DNA from: Sedimentisphaerales bacterium
Lineage (GTDB): Bacteria > Planctomycetota > Phycisphaerae > Sedimentisphaerales > Anaerobacaceae
Assembly: GCA_963814265.1 (NCBI GenBank)
Contig: CAWFCJ010000043.1
Span: 32,338-96,337, forward strand
Reading direction: 5' to 3'
Length of the DNA: 64,000 nt
In this document: in pieces, positions 55,819-64,000 of the stretch
How the letters are laid out: each line of letters begins with the position of its first letter
Position numbering within the stretch: position 1 is the stretch's first letter
Notes under the pieces: model-generated
The model's input: only the letters and a program-made list of their open reading frames with translations
The model's database searches: none
What the model was told of the DNA's origin: nothing
Translations under genes and position numbers: made by a program

Positions 55819-57172
55819 CTACCTTTCTGTACCCAGAACCGTTACCGTAGGAGCAAGCTGAAGCAATCGTTCTTCTCGGGTCATCCGGTCACGCCACCGT
55901 AGTGCCTCTTGCAGGTTTTGCCTGGCGATGTCGGCTTTCATCGACAGCAATTCATACTCATCTGCTTTGGTAAGTAGTTCTCTCGCCTCGTGTAATTGTG
56001 CCTCTATGTTGGAAAGTCGTGCCTCATATTGAGCCTTCTCTATAGAAAGATCAGACAGTTGTTTATTAAGAGATGCTATCAGGTCCCCGCCCGTAGATTT
56101 GGTCAACTCTTCGCGGCGCTTTGCAAGCTCTATTCGGGCCCTGGCCAGTTTTTCTTCAGCATCCGCAAGCTCAGCCTGTGAAGTACGTCCAGTTTCTACA
56201 AGTTTCTTGACATTCTCTAAGCGTAGGGCTTGTAGCTCAAGCAGCCGTTGCAGCTCATTAGTAACAGGGTCGCTTTTGAGCTTCTCTGTCGCTTTTGCTT
56301 CGGCTTCGGCTATTTTCCTGGTTATCGCCTCTATGGTAACCGATTGCGAAGCCTGCTTCATTGCTATGGACGGGAGTTCTCGCCGTAGTCCTGAAATATC
56401 GCCAAGAACATCCCCACGAGACAGCGGCCCGGAGCCTGATAATTCCCTCAGTTTCGCCTGCAACTCCATCAGCTCATTCTCCGCACGGGCGGCTTCATCA
56501 TTCGCCAGGTGGATACGCGCTTCAACTCTACTTCTAAAATCGTCCGCGGCGATGATGAGGACTTCGCCCATATTCTTTATAACGGCGTTCATAAACTCCT
56601 CGGCAGCCGGTTTGACGGACTGGTTGATTACCTCTTCGCGAAGGTCAACCTCCAGTCGTAAGAAAACTGTTGACTCGTCAATGAAGACCGGCTCTTGCGC
56701 AGTGGCTGTTCGGCCCAGGCTGAAAGGGGGTTTAGGCACACCTTCTACTCTCCCTTTCGTGGCTTCTATCAGGGGTTCGTAGGGAGAAAGAGATTCGCCT
56801 CTCGGTTTCGTCGAAGTCCTGGGGACTGATCTGCATCTTTTCCCCGTCTCTATCAGAAGGCAATGTCTCCGCAACCCTTCTTCTTATAGCACCTGGTTCC
56901 CAGGACAATTGCTCAATTTTCAAGAGGTCGTCGACAAATCGGACGCCCAATACATCTTTCGCGGCTTTACCGCTGACGCTGGAGCTGCGCAATAAGTAAC
57001 TGATCATGTCATAACTGAGCGGCAGTACTTCCGGAGCGCAGCTCACCCTGAGCAGGCAGCTTGCGGTACGGGTGCTCGGGACCTCGGATTCGACCCTCGC
57101 TCTGGCTGAAACAGCAGCTAAAAAGACGGCGACCACAAACGGGATTATGAATTTTACAGTTTTCATATCCAC
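55819..57172 (-). CDS. Secreted coiled-coil protein, last gene of the ECF sigma operon; one frameshift
   Basis: Signal peptide MDMKTVKFIIPFVVAVFLAAVSA in ORF 56732-57172. It joins ORF 55819-56874 near 56800-56870. The rest is a long heptad-like region (ELMELQAKLRELS.., LELQALRLENVKKLVETG.., ARLSNIEAQLHEA..). Confidence 0.6.
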
Positions 57173-57179
57173 TTCCTTT

Positions 57180-57743
57180 CTAAATTTGCCTGTTAGGTTG
57201 GCTTTCTTGGATTTCCGATAATCGTTGCCGGGCTACGGTAGCCCATCGGCTCTGAGGGAAAAGTTCTACTACCCGGCGGTACATCCGGCTGGCGGAATCA
57301 ATTAACTTGAGCTCGCGGTACATCTGGTCGGCCTGATAAACAAGGATAAAGCCCGTCTTGTCAACTTGCGTCTGGATTTCTTCCAGCGGGTCCGGGATGC
57401 TTGCCAGCTCAGCGTATAGTTTGTCAAGCTGGCTCTGTCGGCGTTCACTTTCCAGGACTTCCTCGATTAGCTTCAGCGTAGCATCGGTTCGCAGTTGCAG
57501 TTGCTTGACCTGCATCTGCAGCGCGGCGATTCTTTCTTTCTCGCGCGATTTGTCTGCCGCGGTCAGAGCACAAAATCCAAGTGCAATCAACACAACGCCC
57601 GCTCCGAAAAACGTCGCTAACCGCCTGAAGCGCCTCTTCCTGGCACGACCGCGGATCGTGGAAAGCTCGACAGAGACCGCTATGGGAGGACCCAGCGTTC
57701 GGTCGGCATCTTGCAGCAAATCCTGTATTTTGTCTTCTGTCAC
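57180..57743 (-). CDS. Putative membrane-anchored anti-sigma factor
   Basis: It lies immediately downstream of the ECF sigma gene after a 3-nt gap. It has a short cytoplasmic N-terminus, one TM helix (LATFFGAGVVLIALGFCALTA) and a coiled periplasmic part. The assignment is by position only. Confidence 0.45.
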   Translation of the reverse strand: MTEDKIQDLLQDADRTLGPPIAVSVELSTIRGRARKRRFRRLATFFGAGVVLIALGFCALTAADKSREKERIAALQMQVKQLQLRTDATLKLIEEVLESERRQSQLDKLYAELASIPDPLEEIQTQVDKTGFILVYQADQMYRELKLIDSASRMYRRVVELFPQSRWATVARQRLSEIQESQPNRQI

Positions 57744-57746
57744 AAG

Positions 57747-58301
57747 TTATTCCTCTATTAGCTCGGCCAGTTCTTCCCGTAAGCGTTTTCTGGCACGGGT
57801 TAGTCGCACTCCCAGGGCGTTTTCAGTCACTCCGAGAATCTGGCAAATCTCTGCCGTAGACAGCTCCTGCAGATACCGCAGCACTATAGGCTCTCGATAT
57901 CTGGCCGGCAAGCCTCTTATAGCCCGGCTGATACGCTCGACAGTTTCTCTATCGGTCAATCTTCTATCCGCAGCCGACGCTGTCCTGGGACAAAACCCGG
58001 GCACTTTTTTGTGTCGCAGGAGTATGCGTTTATATCGGTAGCTACGGCATTTATTTATCGTTATGGTAAAGAGCCAGGTTTTCAGACTGCATTGGCAGCG
58101 AAACTTTTTTAAGCCGAGATACGCAGCCAGAAAGACATCCTGAGTCACGTCCTCGACTTCGCCCGGCCAGCCGAGCAGACGATTAGCCAGCACCGCGACT
58201 TCAGCGGAGTACTGCCGGACGATTCTTTCGAAGACCGATTCGTCGCCCTGATTGAATTTCTTGACGAGAGACTCGTCATCGTTAATCTCGGCCATGACCA
58301 T
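57747..58301 (-). CDS. ECF-type RNA polymerase sigma-70 family factor
   Basis: Region 2 is VEDVTQDVFLAAYLGLKKF..LKTWLFTITINKCRS. Region 4 is LPARYREPIVLRYLQELSTAEICQILGVTENALGVRLTRARKRL. An ATG at 58301 or 58295 is preferred to the GTG at 58316. Confidence 0.85.
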   Translation of the reverse strand: MVMAEINDDESLVKKFNQGDESVFERIVRQYSAEVAVLANRLLGWPGEVEDVTQDVFLAAYLGLKKFRCQCSLKTWLFTITINKCRSYRYKRILLRHKKVPGFCPRTASAADRRLTDRETVERISRAIRGLPARYREPIVLRYLQELSTAEICQILGVTENALGVRLTRARKRLREELAELIEE

Positions 58302-58470
58302 TATATTAGACCGCACATTAGGCGGAGACTTACAAAAAATCCCGGAAAAACCAAAAGGCGATACTTGTCGACCATGCAGGCAAAAAACCCAATAGAACCT
58401 GAGTCTCCGCGGCAGTTGATCTTGTATAGTGCTACTTTAGCGGTTTTCCCCAGAAAGCGCATCTTTGTTC

Positions 58471-58508
58471 TTGACCGAACTGATCCTGGTGTGTACAGTG
58501 TAATTACA
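58471..58508 (+). promoter_or_regulatory. Promoter with an overlapping palindromic operator for mazEF
   Basis: TTGACC (58471-58476), 17 nt, TACAGT (58494-58499). The perfect palindrome TGTAATTACA (58499-58508) follows directly. Confidence 0.45.
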
Positions 58509-58549
58509 TATAATATATGGATATGCAGGTTTTCTTTGTGAGTGGTGTA

Positions 58550-58807
58550 GTGAAAACCAATATCGTAAAAATAGGCAATTCGCAGGGAATTCGTATCCCG
58601 AAGCTTTTACTTCGTCAACTCCAGTTGACACGGGATGTAGAGTTGACAGTGAAACACAACCAATTGGTAATCAAGTCGAGCCAACATCCACGCCAGGGCT
58701 GGGATGAGCAGTTTAGACAGATGGCTGAGAGACGAGACGACCGGCTGTTAGACAAAGATGCGGTAAGCCTAACCCAATGGGACCAGGATGAGTGGCAATG
58801 GAAGTAA
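58550..58807 (+). CDS. mazE: MazE/AbrB (SpoVT-AbrB fold) antitoxin
   Basis: VKTNIVKIGNSQGIRIPKLLL..VELTVKHNQLVIK. GTG at 58550 is preferred to the track start at 58517. Confidence 0.8.
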   Translation: MKTNIVKIGNSQGIRIPKLLLRQLQLTRDVELTVKHNQLVIKSSQHPRQGWDEQFRQMAERRDDRLLDKDAVSLTQWDQDEWQWK

Positions 58808-59130
58808 AACGCTTTGATGTCTACCTGGTCAACCTGGACCCAACTGTAGGCAAAGAAATAAAGAAGAACCGTCCCTGCCTGGTAATATCGCCTGACGAAA
58901 TGAACAGGCACATTGCCACCATAATTGTCGCTCCGATGACGACCAAAGGCGGGCAGTATCCAACACGGGTGTCGTGCCACTTCCAAGGAAAGCATGGTCA
59001 GATAGTGCTTGACCAATTGCGGACGGTGGACAAAGTCAGATTGGTTAAAAAGCTTGGACGAATAGGCTCAAAAGTGCGACAAACAGTGCATAGCAGTTCT
59101 TGGCGAGATGTTTGTAGATTAGCCCACTGA
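58798..59130 (+). CDS. mazF: MazF/PemK-family endoribonuclease toxin; C-terminus possibly frameshifted
   Basis: MEVKRFDVYLVNLDPTVGKEIKKNRPCLVISPDEMN..IVAPMTT. The start overlaps the mazE stop. An alternative frame after about 59088 ends ..AVLGEMFVD with a stop at 59120-59122, which looks more native. Confidence 0.85.
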   Translation: MEVKRFDVYLVNLDPTVGKEIKKNRPCLVISPDEMNRHIATIIVAPMTTKGGQYPTRVSCHFQGKHGQIVLDQLRTVDKVRLVKKLGRIGSKVRQTVHSSSWRDVCRLAH

Positions 59131-59503
59131 GATGATAAGCACAGCACACACTGCCTTTCTGACATAATCTCCGCAAGGGCGGTTCCCGATGCAGGCGATT
59201 CTACAAATGCACAAGGTTCTGGAAAGTTGGTTTGACGGAGGACTTGATTCTCGGTATCGTAATCACAGGTGAGCAGAATCGCCTGGCCTGATTGACTATG
59301 CGGTCAGTAGCATACGTGGTAGGCAGGCCAAAACATAGGACGCAAATCACCACCATCATCGCAGTATGAGTAAAAAGGGCTATTTCACATATTAGGAAAG
59401 AGAATGCAAGAAAATGGCCAGATTCAGCCGATAATATGAAATGAGGTATACCGACATGACAAGCAGAAAACCTTCGGCCAGAAAAAAAACAAAATCAAAG
59501 CGG

Positions 59504-61014
59504 ATGCAATTGAGCATAGAGGTGGAGGACTTTGGGCCCATAAGTCGTGGGAAGGTGGCACTTAAACCTCTTACCTTATTCATAGGCCCTAACAACTCGG
59601 GAAAGTCCTACCTTGCGATGTTAGTTCATTCCGTATTTGAGGCGTATTCCCCAACAGGCCTGCTGAGGCGTGGACCTCTCTACATGAGGCGAGGCTTTCT
59701 TACCAGGGGACTCGATATTGGTCTGTTTTCCAAGCAGTGGCGGGAACTAAAAACGTACCTTGGCGACTCAAGTCAAGGGCGAAAAGTAGACATCCCGCAA
59801 GAATTCATCCAAAAGATAACCAGGAAGGTTTTGCGAGATATACGAGAGCAGGCTATCTGAAGAAATCATTCATTCATACGCTTGCAAGTTACGCGAATTG
59901 GTCCGTGTTGGAAAAAAGTCATTTGGCCTCAAAATCGGACTCGATTCCCACATGGCCGAGCTAACATACCGAAAAGGAAAGATGTTGGAGATGATCGCCT
60001 TTCCAGAAGTGGACTTAAAGATAAGTATCAAGGGAAGCGCGTCATCTGGTTACATAAGGAGTAGGGTGAAAAATGGTCAGGTTATCCTCGAGCTCGGTGA
60101 AGATATCTGGAAACATGATGACTTTCCTCTCACTAGTATCATCCTCGACATTTGTGTGTCCAGGATGTCGGAACTAGTTCCGATGTCATGTTTCTACCTT
60201 CCAGCCGCGCGGTCGGGCATACTTCAGGGTCACAAAGCACTCACTGCGGGCATAATGAGGAAAGCACCTTTAGCAGGTCTGGAAAGGATGAGAAATCCCG
60301 GCATTCTCGGGAGTCGTCTATGATTTTATATCATCTGTGATCACCTTGCCTGAAAAAAAGGGGCGATTTTATAAACTCGCACGCGATTTTGAGAGAGAAC
60401 TAATCAGCGGAGAAATACTTATGCAGGCTGGGGGTGACCACCCATATCCTGAGATTAGATACAGGTTCAAGAAAATAAATATTCCACTCCACAGAGCGTC
60501 CTCCACGGTGTCCGAGTTGGCCCCGCTGTTCCTCTATTTGAAGTATCGGATCGAAGCCGGGAGCATTCTAATAATAGAAGAGCCGGAGGCACACTTGCAC
60601 CCTGCAAGCCAGAGGATTCTGGCTAAGTTCATAGTTAGGTTGCTCAGGCAAGGCGTTTACGTCACCATTACTACTCACAGCGAGTATTTGTTGGAGCAGT
60701 TAAGCACTTTTATACTCCTCAGTAGGATAGATCCCGAAAAACGCGCAAAATATAAATACACACAAGATGATTTCCTCCAGCCGGAAGAAGTGGGTGTATA
60801 CGTGTTTAATTATGATTCCGAGAGCGGGGGTCAAACAATAACGGAAATTCCAATAACAGAAGAAGATGGAATCTCTCAAGAAGAGTTTTTAAGAATCCAC
60901 GAAGCCCTTTATAACGAGAACCTTCATGCTTCGAAGCGACTTGGCTGGCGAAACATAAGGAGTAAGAGACTTCTCTATGCCAATGCTGGAGTGTATTCGG
61001 ACCAATTTCTCTGA
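59504..61014 (+). CDS. ABC-type (AAA_15/AAA_21-like) ATPase, candidate defence-system component; two frameshifts as sequenced
   Basis: Walker A is LFIGPNNSGKSYL. The Q-loop-like motif is FYLPAARSG. The signature-like motif is SSTVSELAPLFLYL. Walker B is SILIIEEPEAHLHP and the H-loop is TITTHSEYLLEQL. A DUF3696-like tail reads VGVYVFNYDS..ITEIPITEEDGISQEEF. The sense runs through ORFs 59441-, 59898- and 60337-, with junctions near 59838-59845 and 60292-60305. The start could be 59441 or 59504. Confidence 0.8.
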
Positions 61015-61435
61015 GGCGGTTGTCCCACGCTGCTCTGATATGGGCTGCACTCTCGAACTCGATGGCCTACCTAACTCAGTCGTATTGAAGGGGGAGAAAA
61101 TCACCACAGACCGTAAAATATGCGATTGCCTCGTGTTTGCGGTACATAATGGTGTACTTATTGGGGTGGTAGAACTGAAAAGCAAGACTGTACATGCGGA
61201 TGAAGTAGTCGAAAAACTTACTAATGGGACCGAGACTGCCTTACAGGTATTAGACAGATGCGGTAACAACTGGATGAAGCCGCAAGTTTATAACCTTGTT
61301 CTCGCCAAGAGGTGGGATGGTTCTGAATATAGGGTCCTGACCAACAGAAAGGTTATGGTAAGGGGGAGAAAGTATCTAATTCTCCCTAAAAGGTGCGGGG
61401 TTTCCTTCTCCGGAATCATATCAAGTTTACCGTAA
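60977..61435 (+). CDS. Small PD-(D/E)XK-like (restriction-endonuclease-fold) protein, partner of the ATPase
   Basis: 152 aa. KICDCLVFAVHNGVLIGVVELKSKT gives D-x14-E-x-K on two predicted consecutive beta-strands, followed by a helix and another strand (VYNLVLAKR). AAGGAG at 60957-60962. It overlaps the ATPase 3' end by 38 nt. Confidence 0.5.
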   Translation: MPMLECIRTNFSEAVVPRCSDMGCTLELDGLPNSVVLKGEKITTDRKICDCLVFAVHNGVLIGVVELKSKTVHADEVVEKLTNGTETALQVLDRCGNNWMKPQVYNLVLAKRWDGSEYRVLTNRKVMVRGRKYLILPKRCGVSFSGIISSLP

Positions 61436-61543
61436 TTCCTTGGCGTAAGGTCCGCGCACACTCGTGAATAGAGCCGTTGCGGCGTGCATGTTCGATACAA
61501 GTCAATTCGCAGGTGGGATGCATGTAACCCACAAGATACACTA

Positions 61544-62743
61544 TCACCTGGTGGTCTTCGGTTTCAGTCCGGCGGCTTTGCGAAGCTTGGCGACCATGTC
61601 GGTTTTTTCCCAGGTGAAGTTTGGATGGTTTCGGCCAAAATGGCCGCCGTGCGAGGTGTCCGCGTAAATCGGTCGGGCAAGCTTCAAATGCTCAATCATT
61701 CCCTTGGGCGTCAGCGGGAAAAGCTCCCTCACGATCTGGCTTAGCTTCTGCTCGCTAATCTTGCAGGTTCCTTCGGTGTTGACAAGCACAGAAACAGGCT
61801 CGGCTACCCCTATGGCATAAGATAACTGGATTTCACAGGCATCAGCCAGGCCGGCGGCGACTACGTTTTTGGCTACATATCTTGCCATATAGCTGGCGCT
61901 GCGGTCGACTTTGGTGGGGTCTTTTCCGCTGAAGCAGCCGCCCCCGTGCCGGCCCCAGCCGCCGTAAGTATCGACCATAATTTTACGCCCGGTGACGCCG
62001 CAATCGCCCTTGGGGCCGCCAATTACGAATCGGCCAGTCGGATTGACGTGAAATACAATGTGTTTGTCTACGAGGCGCTTTGGAAGAACAGGCAAGACAA
62101 TCTTCTCGATGATTTCTCTGCGTAACTGTCGGTGTGAGATTGTCGGCGCGTGCTGAGCAGCTACGACCACCGTGTGAATGCGTTTTGGCTTGCCATTCTG
62201 ATATTCGACCGTCACCTGGCTTTTGCCGTCCGGCCGCAACCAGGGAAGTTTTTTACTTTTACGTGCCTTTTCAAGCTGAGTTGTTATAGCGTGAGCCAGT
62301 TGAATCGGCATAGGCATAGAAGCCGGCGTTTCTCTACGGGCGTAGCCAAACATAAGTCCCTGGTCGCCGGCGCCCTGCTCCTTGTGCAGGCCTCGGCCTT
62401 CAGTGACACCCCGCGAGATATCCGGACTTTGCTTTCCAAGCGAAACCATAACGGCGCAGCTTTCGCAGTCGAATCCCAGTGCCGGGTCGTCATAGCCGAT
62501 CTTTCGTATCGTTTCGCGGACAACAGTGGGGACATCCACAACGGCCCTTGAGGTAATTTCGCCCGCAACTATAACCAGGTTGTCCTTGACCATTGTTTCG
62601 CAGGCCACCCTGCTTGCCGGGTCCTGCGCGAGCATCGCATCAAGGATTGCATCCGATATATGGTCGGCGACCTTGTCGGGATGGCCCATTGTCACGGACT
62701 CGCTGGTAAAAAGATAGTTAGCACCGGTCATTTTTTTCCCCAT
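61544..62743 (-). CDS. metK: S-adenosylmethionine synthetase
   Basis: [68 protein letters not shown] and [19 protein letters not shown]. Confidence 0.95.
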   Translation of the reverse strand: MGKKMTGANYLFTSESVTMGHPDKVADHISDAILDAMLAQDPASRVACETMVKDNLVIVAGEITSRAVVDVPTVVRETIRKIGYDDPALGFDCESCAVMVSLGKQSPDISRGVTEGRGLHKEQGAGDQGLMFGYARRETPASMPMPIQLAHAITTQLEKARKSKKLPWLRPDGKSQVTVEYQNGKPKRIHTVVVAAQHAPTISHRQLRREIIEKIVLPVLPKRLVDKHIVFHVNPTGRFVIGGPKGDCGVTGRKIMVDTYGGWGRHGGGCFSGKDPTKVDRSASYMARYVAKNVVAAGLADACEIQLSYAIGVAEPVSVLVNTEGTCKISEQKLSQIVRELFPLTPKGMIEHLKLARPIYADTSHGGHFGRNHPNFTWEKTDMVAKLRKAAGLKPKTTR

Positions 62744-62776
62744 TTGCGTTTCATCCTTTCAGACCAACACACGAAC

Positions 62777-62805
62777 ATGATAGGAGCTGTTTGCAGCGTA
62801 GTCAA
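62777..62805 (-). promoter_or_regulatory. Sigma70-like promoter for metK
   Basis: On the minus strand: TTGACT (62805-62800), 17 nt, TATCAT (62782-62777). The leader is only about 30 nt. Confidence 0.5.
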
Positions 62806-62807
62806 GC

Positions 62808-62836
62808 TCAAAAGGCCCGGTGCAAACTGCCGGTCC
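62808..62836 (-). terminator. Possible intrinsic terminator of the DUF547 gene
   Basis: The minus strand GGACCGGCAGTTTGCACCGGGCC forms an imperfect stem followed by TTTT. Confidence 0.4.
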
Positions 62837-62851
62837 TCGTAACTTAATTAA

Positions 62852-64000
62852 TCAGGGTTTTCTTGCACTGTCGTTAAGCGTCCAGTCGTATTTCATATAT
62901 TTGACCGAATAGTTCCCCACTTCAAGATAGGAAACGCTGCCCTGCGGAATATACCTGCCGATAAAATTCAAAACGGCGCCGGTTGCCGACTCCTGGTCTT
63001 TGAACTTTTTGTCGGTGCCATATTTTTCAAGAAATTCGCTGCCGTACCAAGTTGGCTTGGACTCAAATATGGCTGATAGATACACTGTCTGCCCGGCTCG
63101 GTCAATTTTGAAACCGTGGGTGCTGGACAAAAACTTCTTACACTGCTCGTCCAACTGTTTGTCGAGCTTGTAACCATAGTACGGCTCATTCCGCAGAACA
63201 GGACTCGAAAAACTGGCACGAGTCAAGGCCAGGAATACTCGCGGCTCTTTGAACTCTTTTCGGAAAAACTGCTGTTCAATCGCCGAGAGCGTAAACTCCT
63301 CGTCCATCACCATGAATTTGTAATCGGTCCATATACCTCTGATGTGCAGTATGCTGTACGGTCCCCAGATGATGCTGGTCCACCTCGGAGCTTTGATAGG
63401 ATAATTCTCGACAATTACGTTGAGCATCTGGATGTTGTAGGCGTTAATCCAGAAGGCGATTTGGTCCTCTCGCGGCCAGGACTTGTATTCGTTCGGATCA
63501 AGCACATCAAATTCACCCAGCAACTTTTTCAACCGCAACCTTTGTCTGCGAAGCCCGGCATAGTCCACCATCCCATCCGCGTAGACGTACTCGCTCAGAA
63601 TCTCAGCGCATTTGTTGTGGAAAGAGACTTTTGCTACAGTTTCCACCGCGTTCGGTTCCACGGGATTAACCCCGGCACTTGTGCCGGGGGTAGCCCCTGC
63701 CGCCAGCGGCAGGGCTAACCGATTGGGTTCTGCCGCCCGCGTCTCGCCCGGATAAGATTTTACCTCGTTGGGTTCGGCAATCTTTGGCTCGGCGGCATTA
63801 GGCTCGGCGGTTTCAAGCCCAACCGTGTTGGGCTCTGCTACGCCTGATTCAGATTCGCCGCCCATAATTACCGGCGTTTCAACTTCGACCAGGGCGACCT
63901 TTGCCGGTTTGACGTCGTTCGGCTCCGGCTGCGTAGATTCTGCCGGCGGCGTTTCCACTTCTTTGCGTTCAGTCGGAGGAGGCGCCACATCAACTGCATG
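62852..64000 (-). CDS. DUF547 domain protein with an N-terminal 'AEPN' repeat region (5' end beyond the window)
   Basis: The C-terminal part DYAGL..FWINAYNIQMLNVIV..FLALTRASFSSPVLRNEPY is typical of DUF547. The N-terminal part has repeated (A/V)EPN motifs. The ORF is open to the window edge. Confidence 0.75.
   Translation of the reverse strand, partial: HAVDVAPPPTERKEVETPPAESTQPEPNDVKPAKVALVEVETPVIMGGESESGVAEPNTVGLETAEPNAAEPKIAEPNEVKSYPGETRAAEPNRLALPLAAGATPGTSAGVNPVEPNAVETVAKVSFHNKCAEILSEYVYADGMVDYAGLRRQRLRLKKLLGEFDVLDPNEYKSWPREDQIAFWINAYNIQMLNVIVENYPIKAPRWTSIIWGPYSILHIRGIWTDYKFMVMDEEFTLSAIEQQFFRKEFKEPRVFLALTRASFSSPVLRNEPYYGYKLDKQLDEQCKKFLSSTHGFKIDRAGQTVYLSAIFESKPTWYGSEFLEKYGTDKKFKDQESATGAVLNFIGRYIPQGSVSYLEVGNYSVKYMKYDWTLNDSARKP

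Noticed and set aside
62744-62851. A SAM riboswitch upstream of metK.
   Set aside because: The predicted promoter (TTGACT-N17-TATCAT) leaves a leader of only about 30 nt. The remaining intergenic sequence is better explained as the terminator hairpin of the upstream DUF547 gene.

Overview
The window looks like chromosomal DNA from a PVC-superphylum bacterium, probably Planctomycetota/Phycisphaerae-like. This is inferred from three things: repeated '[20 protein letters not shown]' prepilin-type N-termini with an H-X9-D(G/A)H-type C-terminus, giant LamG/PA14 secreted proteins with dockerin-like tails, and a PEP-CTERM protein. By eye the GC content is mid-50s %, with a few clearly AT-richer islets (18.0-19.2 kb, 24.8-25.1 kb, 58.3-61.5 kb) and one GC-richer stretch (about 34.0-35.5 kb).

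Gene content:
- Secretome block (2.7-17.1 kb, plus an S8 protease at 25.5-28.0 kb): pseudopilin-like proteins, an SBBP beta-propeller, a PEP-CTERM lectin, two tandem giant PA14/LamG paralogues, and C10 and S8 peptidases.
- Housekeeping genes: ribD, the archaeal-type DHQ genes aroA'/aroB', deoC, trpC, smpB, zupT, purH and metK.
- Carbohydrate and other enzymes: DUF5060 glycoside hydrolase, DUF5107-TPR protein, GH-D-like hydrolase, sugar-phosphate isomerase, URO-D-like protein, pterin-binding methyltransferase and a sodium:solute symporter.
- Three type II toxin-antitoxin pairs: MntA/HepT, HicBA and MazEF.
- One IS1595-family insertion with inverted repeats and an 8-bp target duplication.
- An ECF sigma/anti-sigma operon.
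- Several dispersed short-repeat families.

The best candidate for an undescribed system is a two-gene module at 59.4-61.4 kb. It pairs an ABC-type (AAA_15/21-like) ATPase with a 152-aa PD-(D/E)XK-like protein. It lies next to MazEF in a low-GC islet between an ECF-sigma operon and metK.

Caveat: roughly 20 recognisable genes have broken reading frames as sequenced, often at short homopolymers. The breaks are unevenly distributed, so many CDS spans below cover several track ORFs in different frames. No rRNA, tRNA or CRISPR array was recognised.
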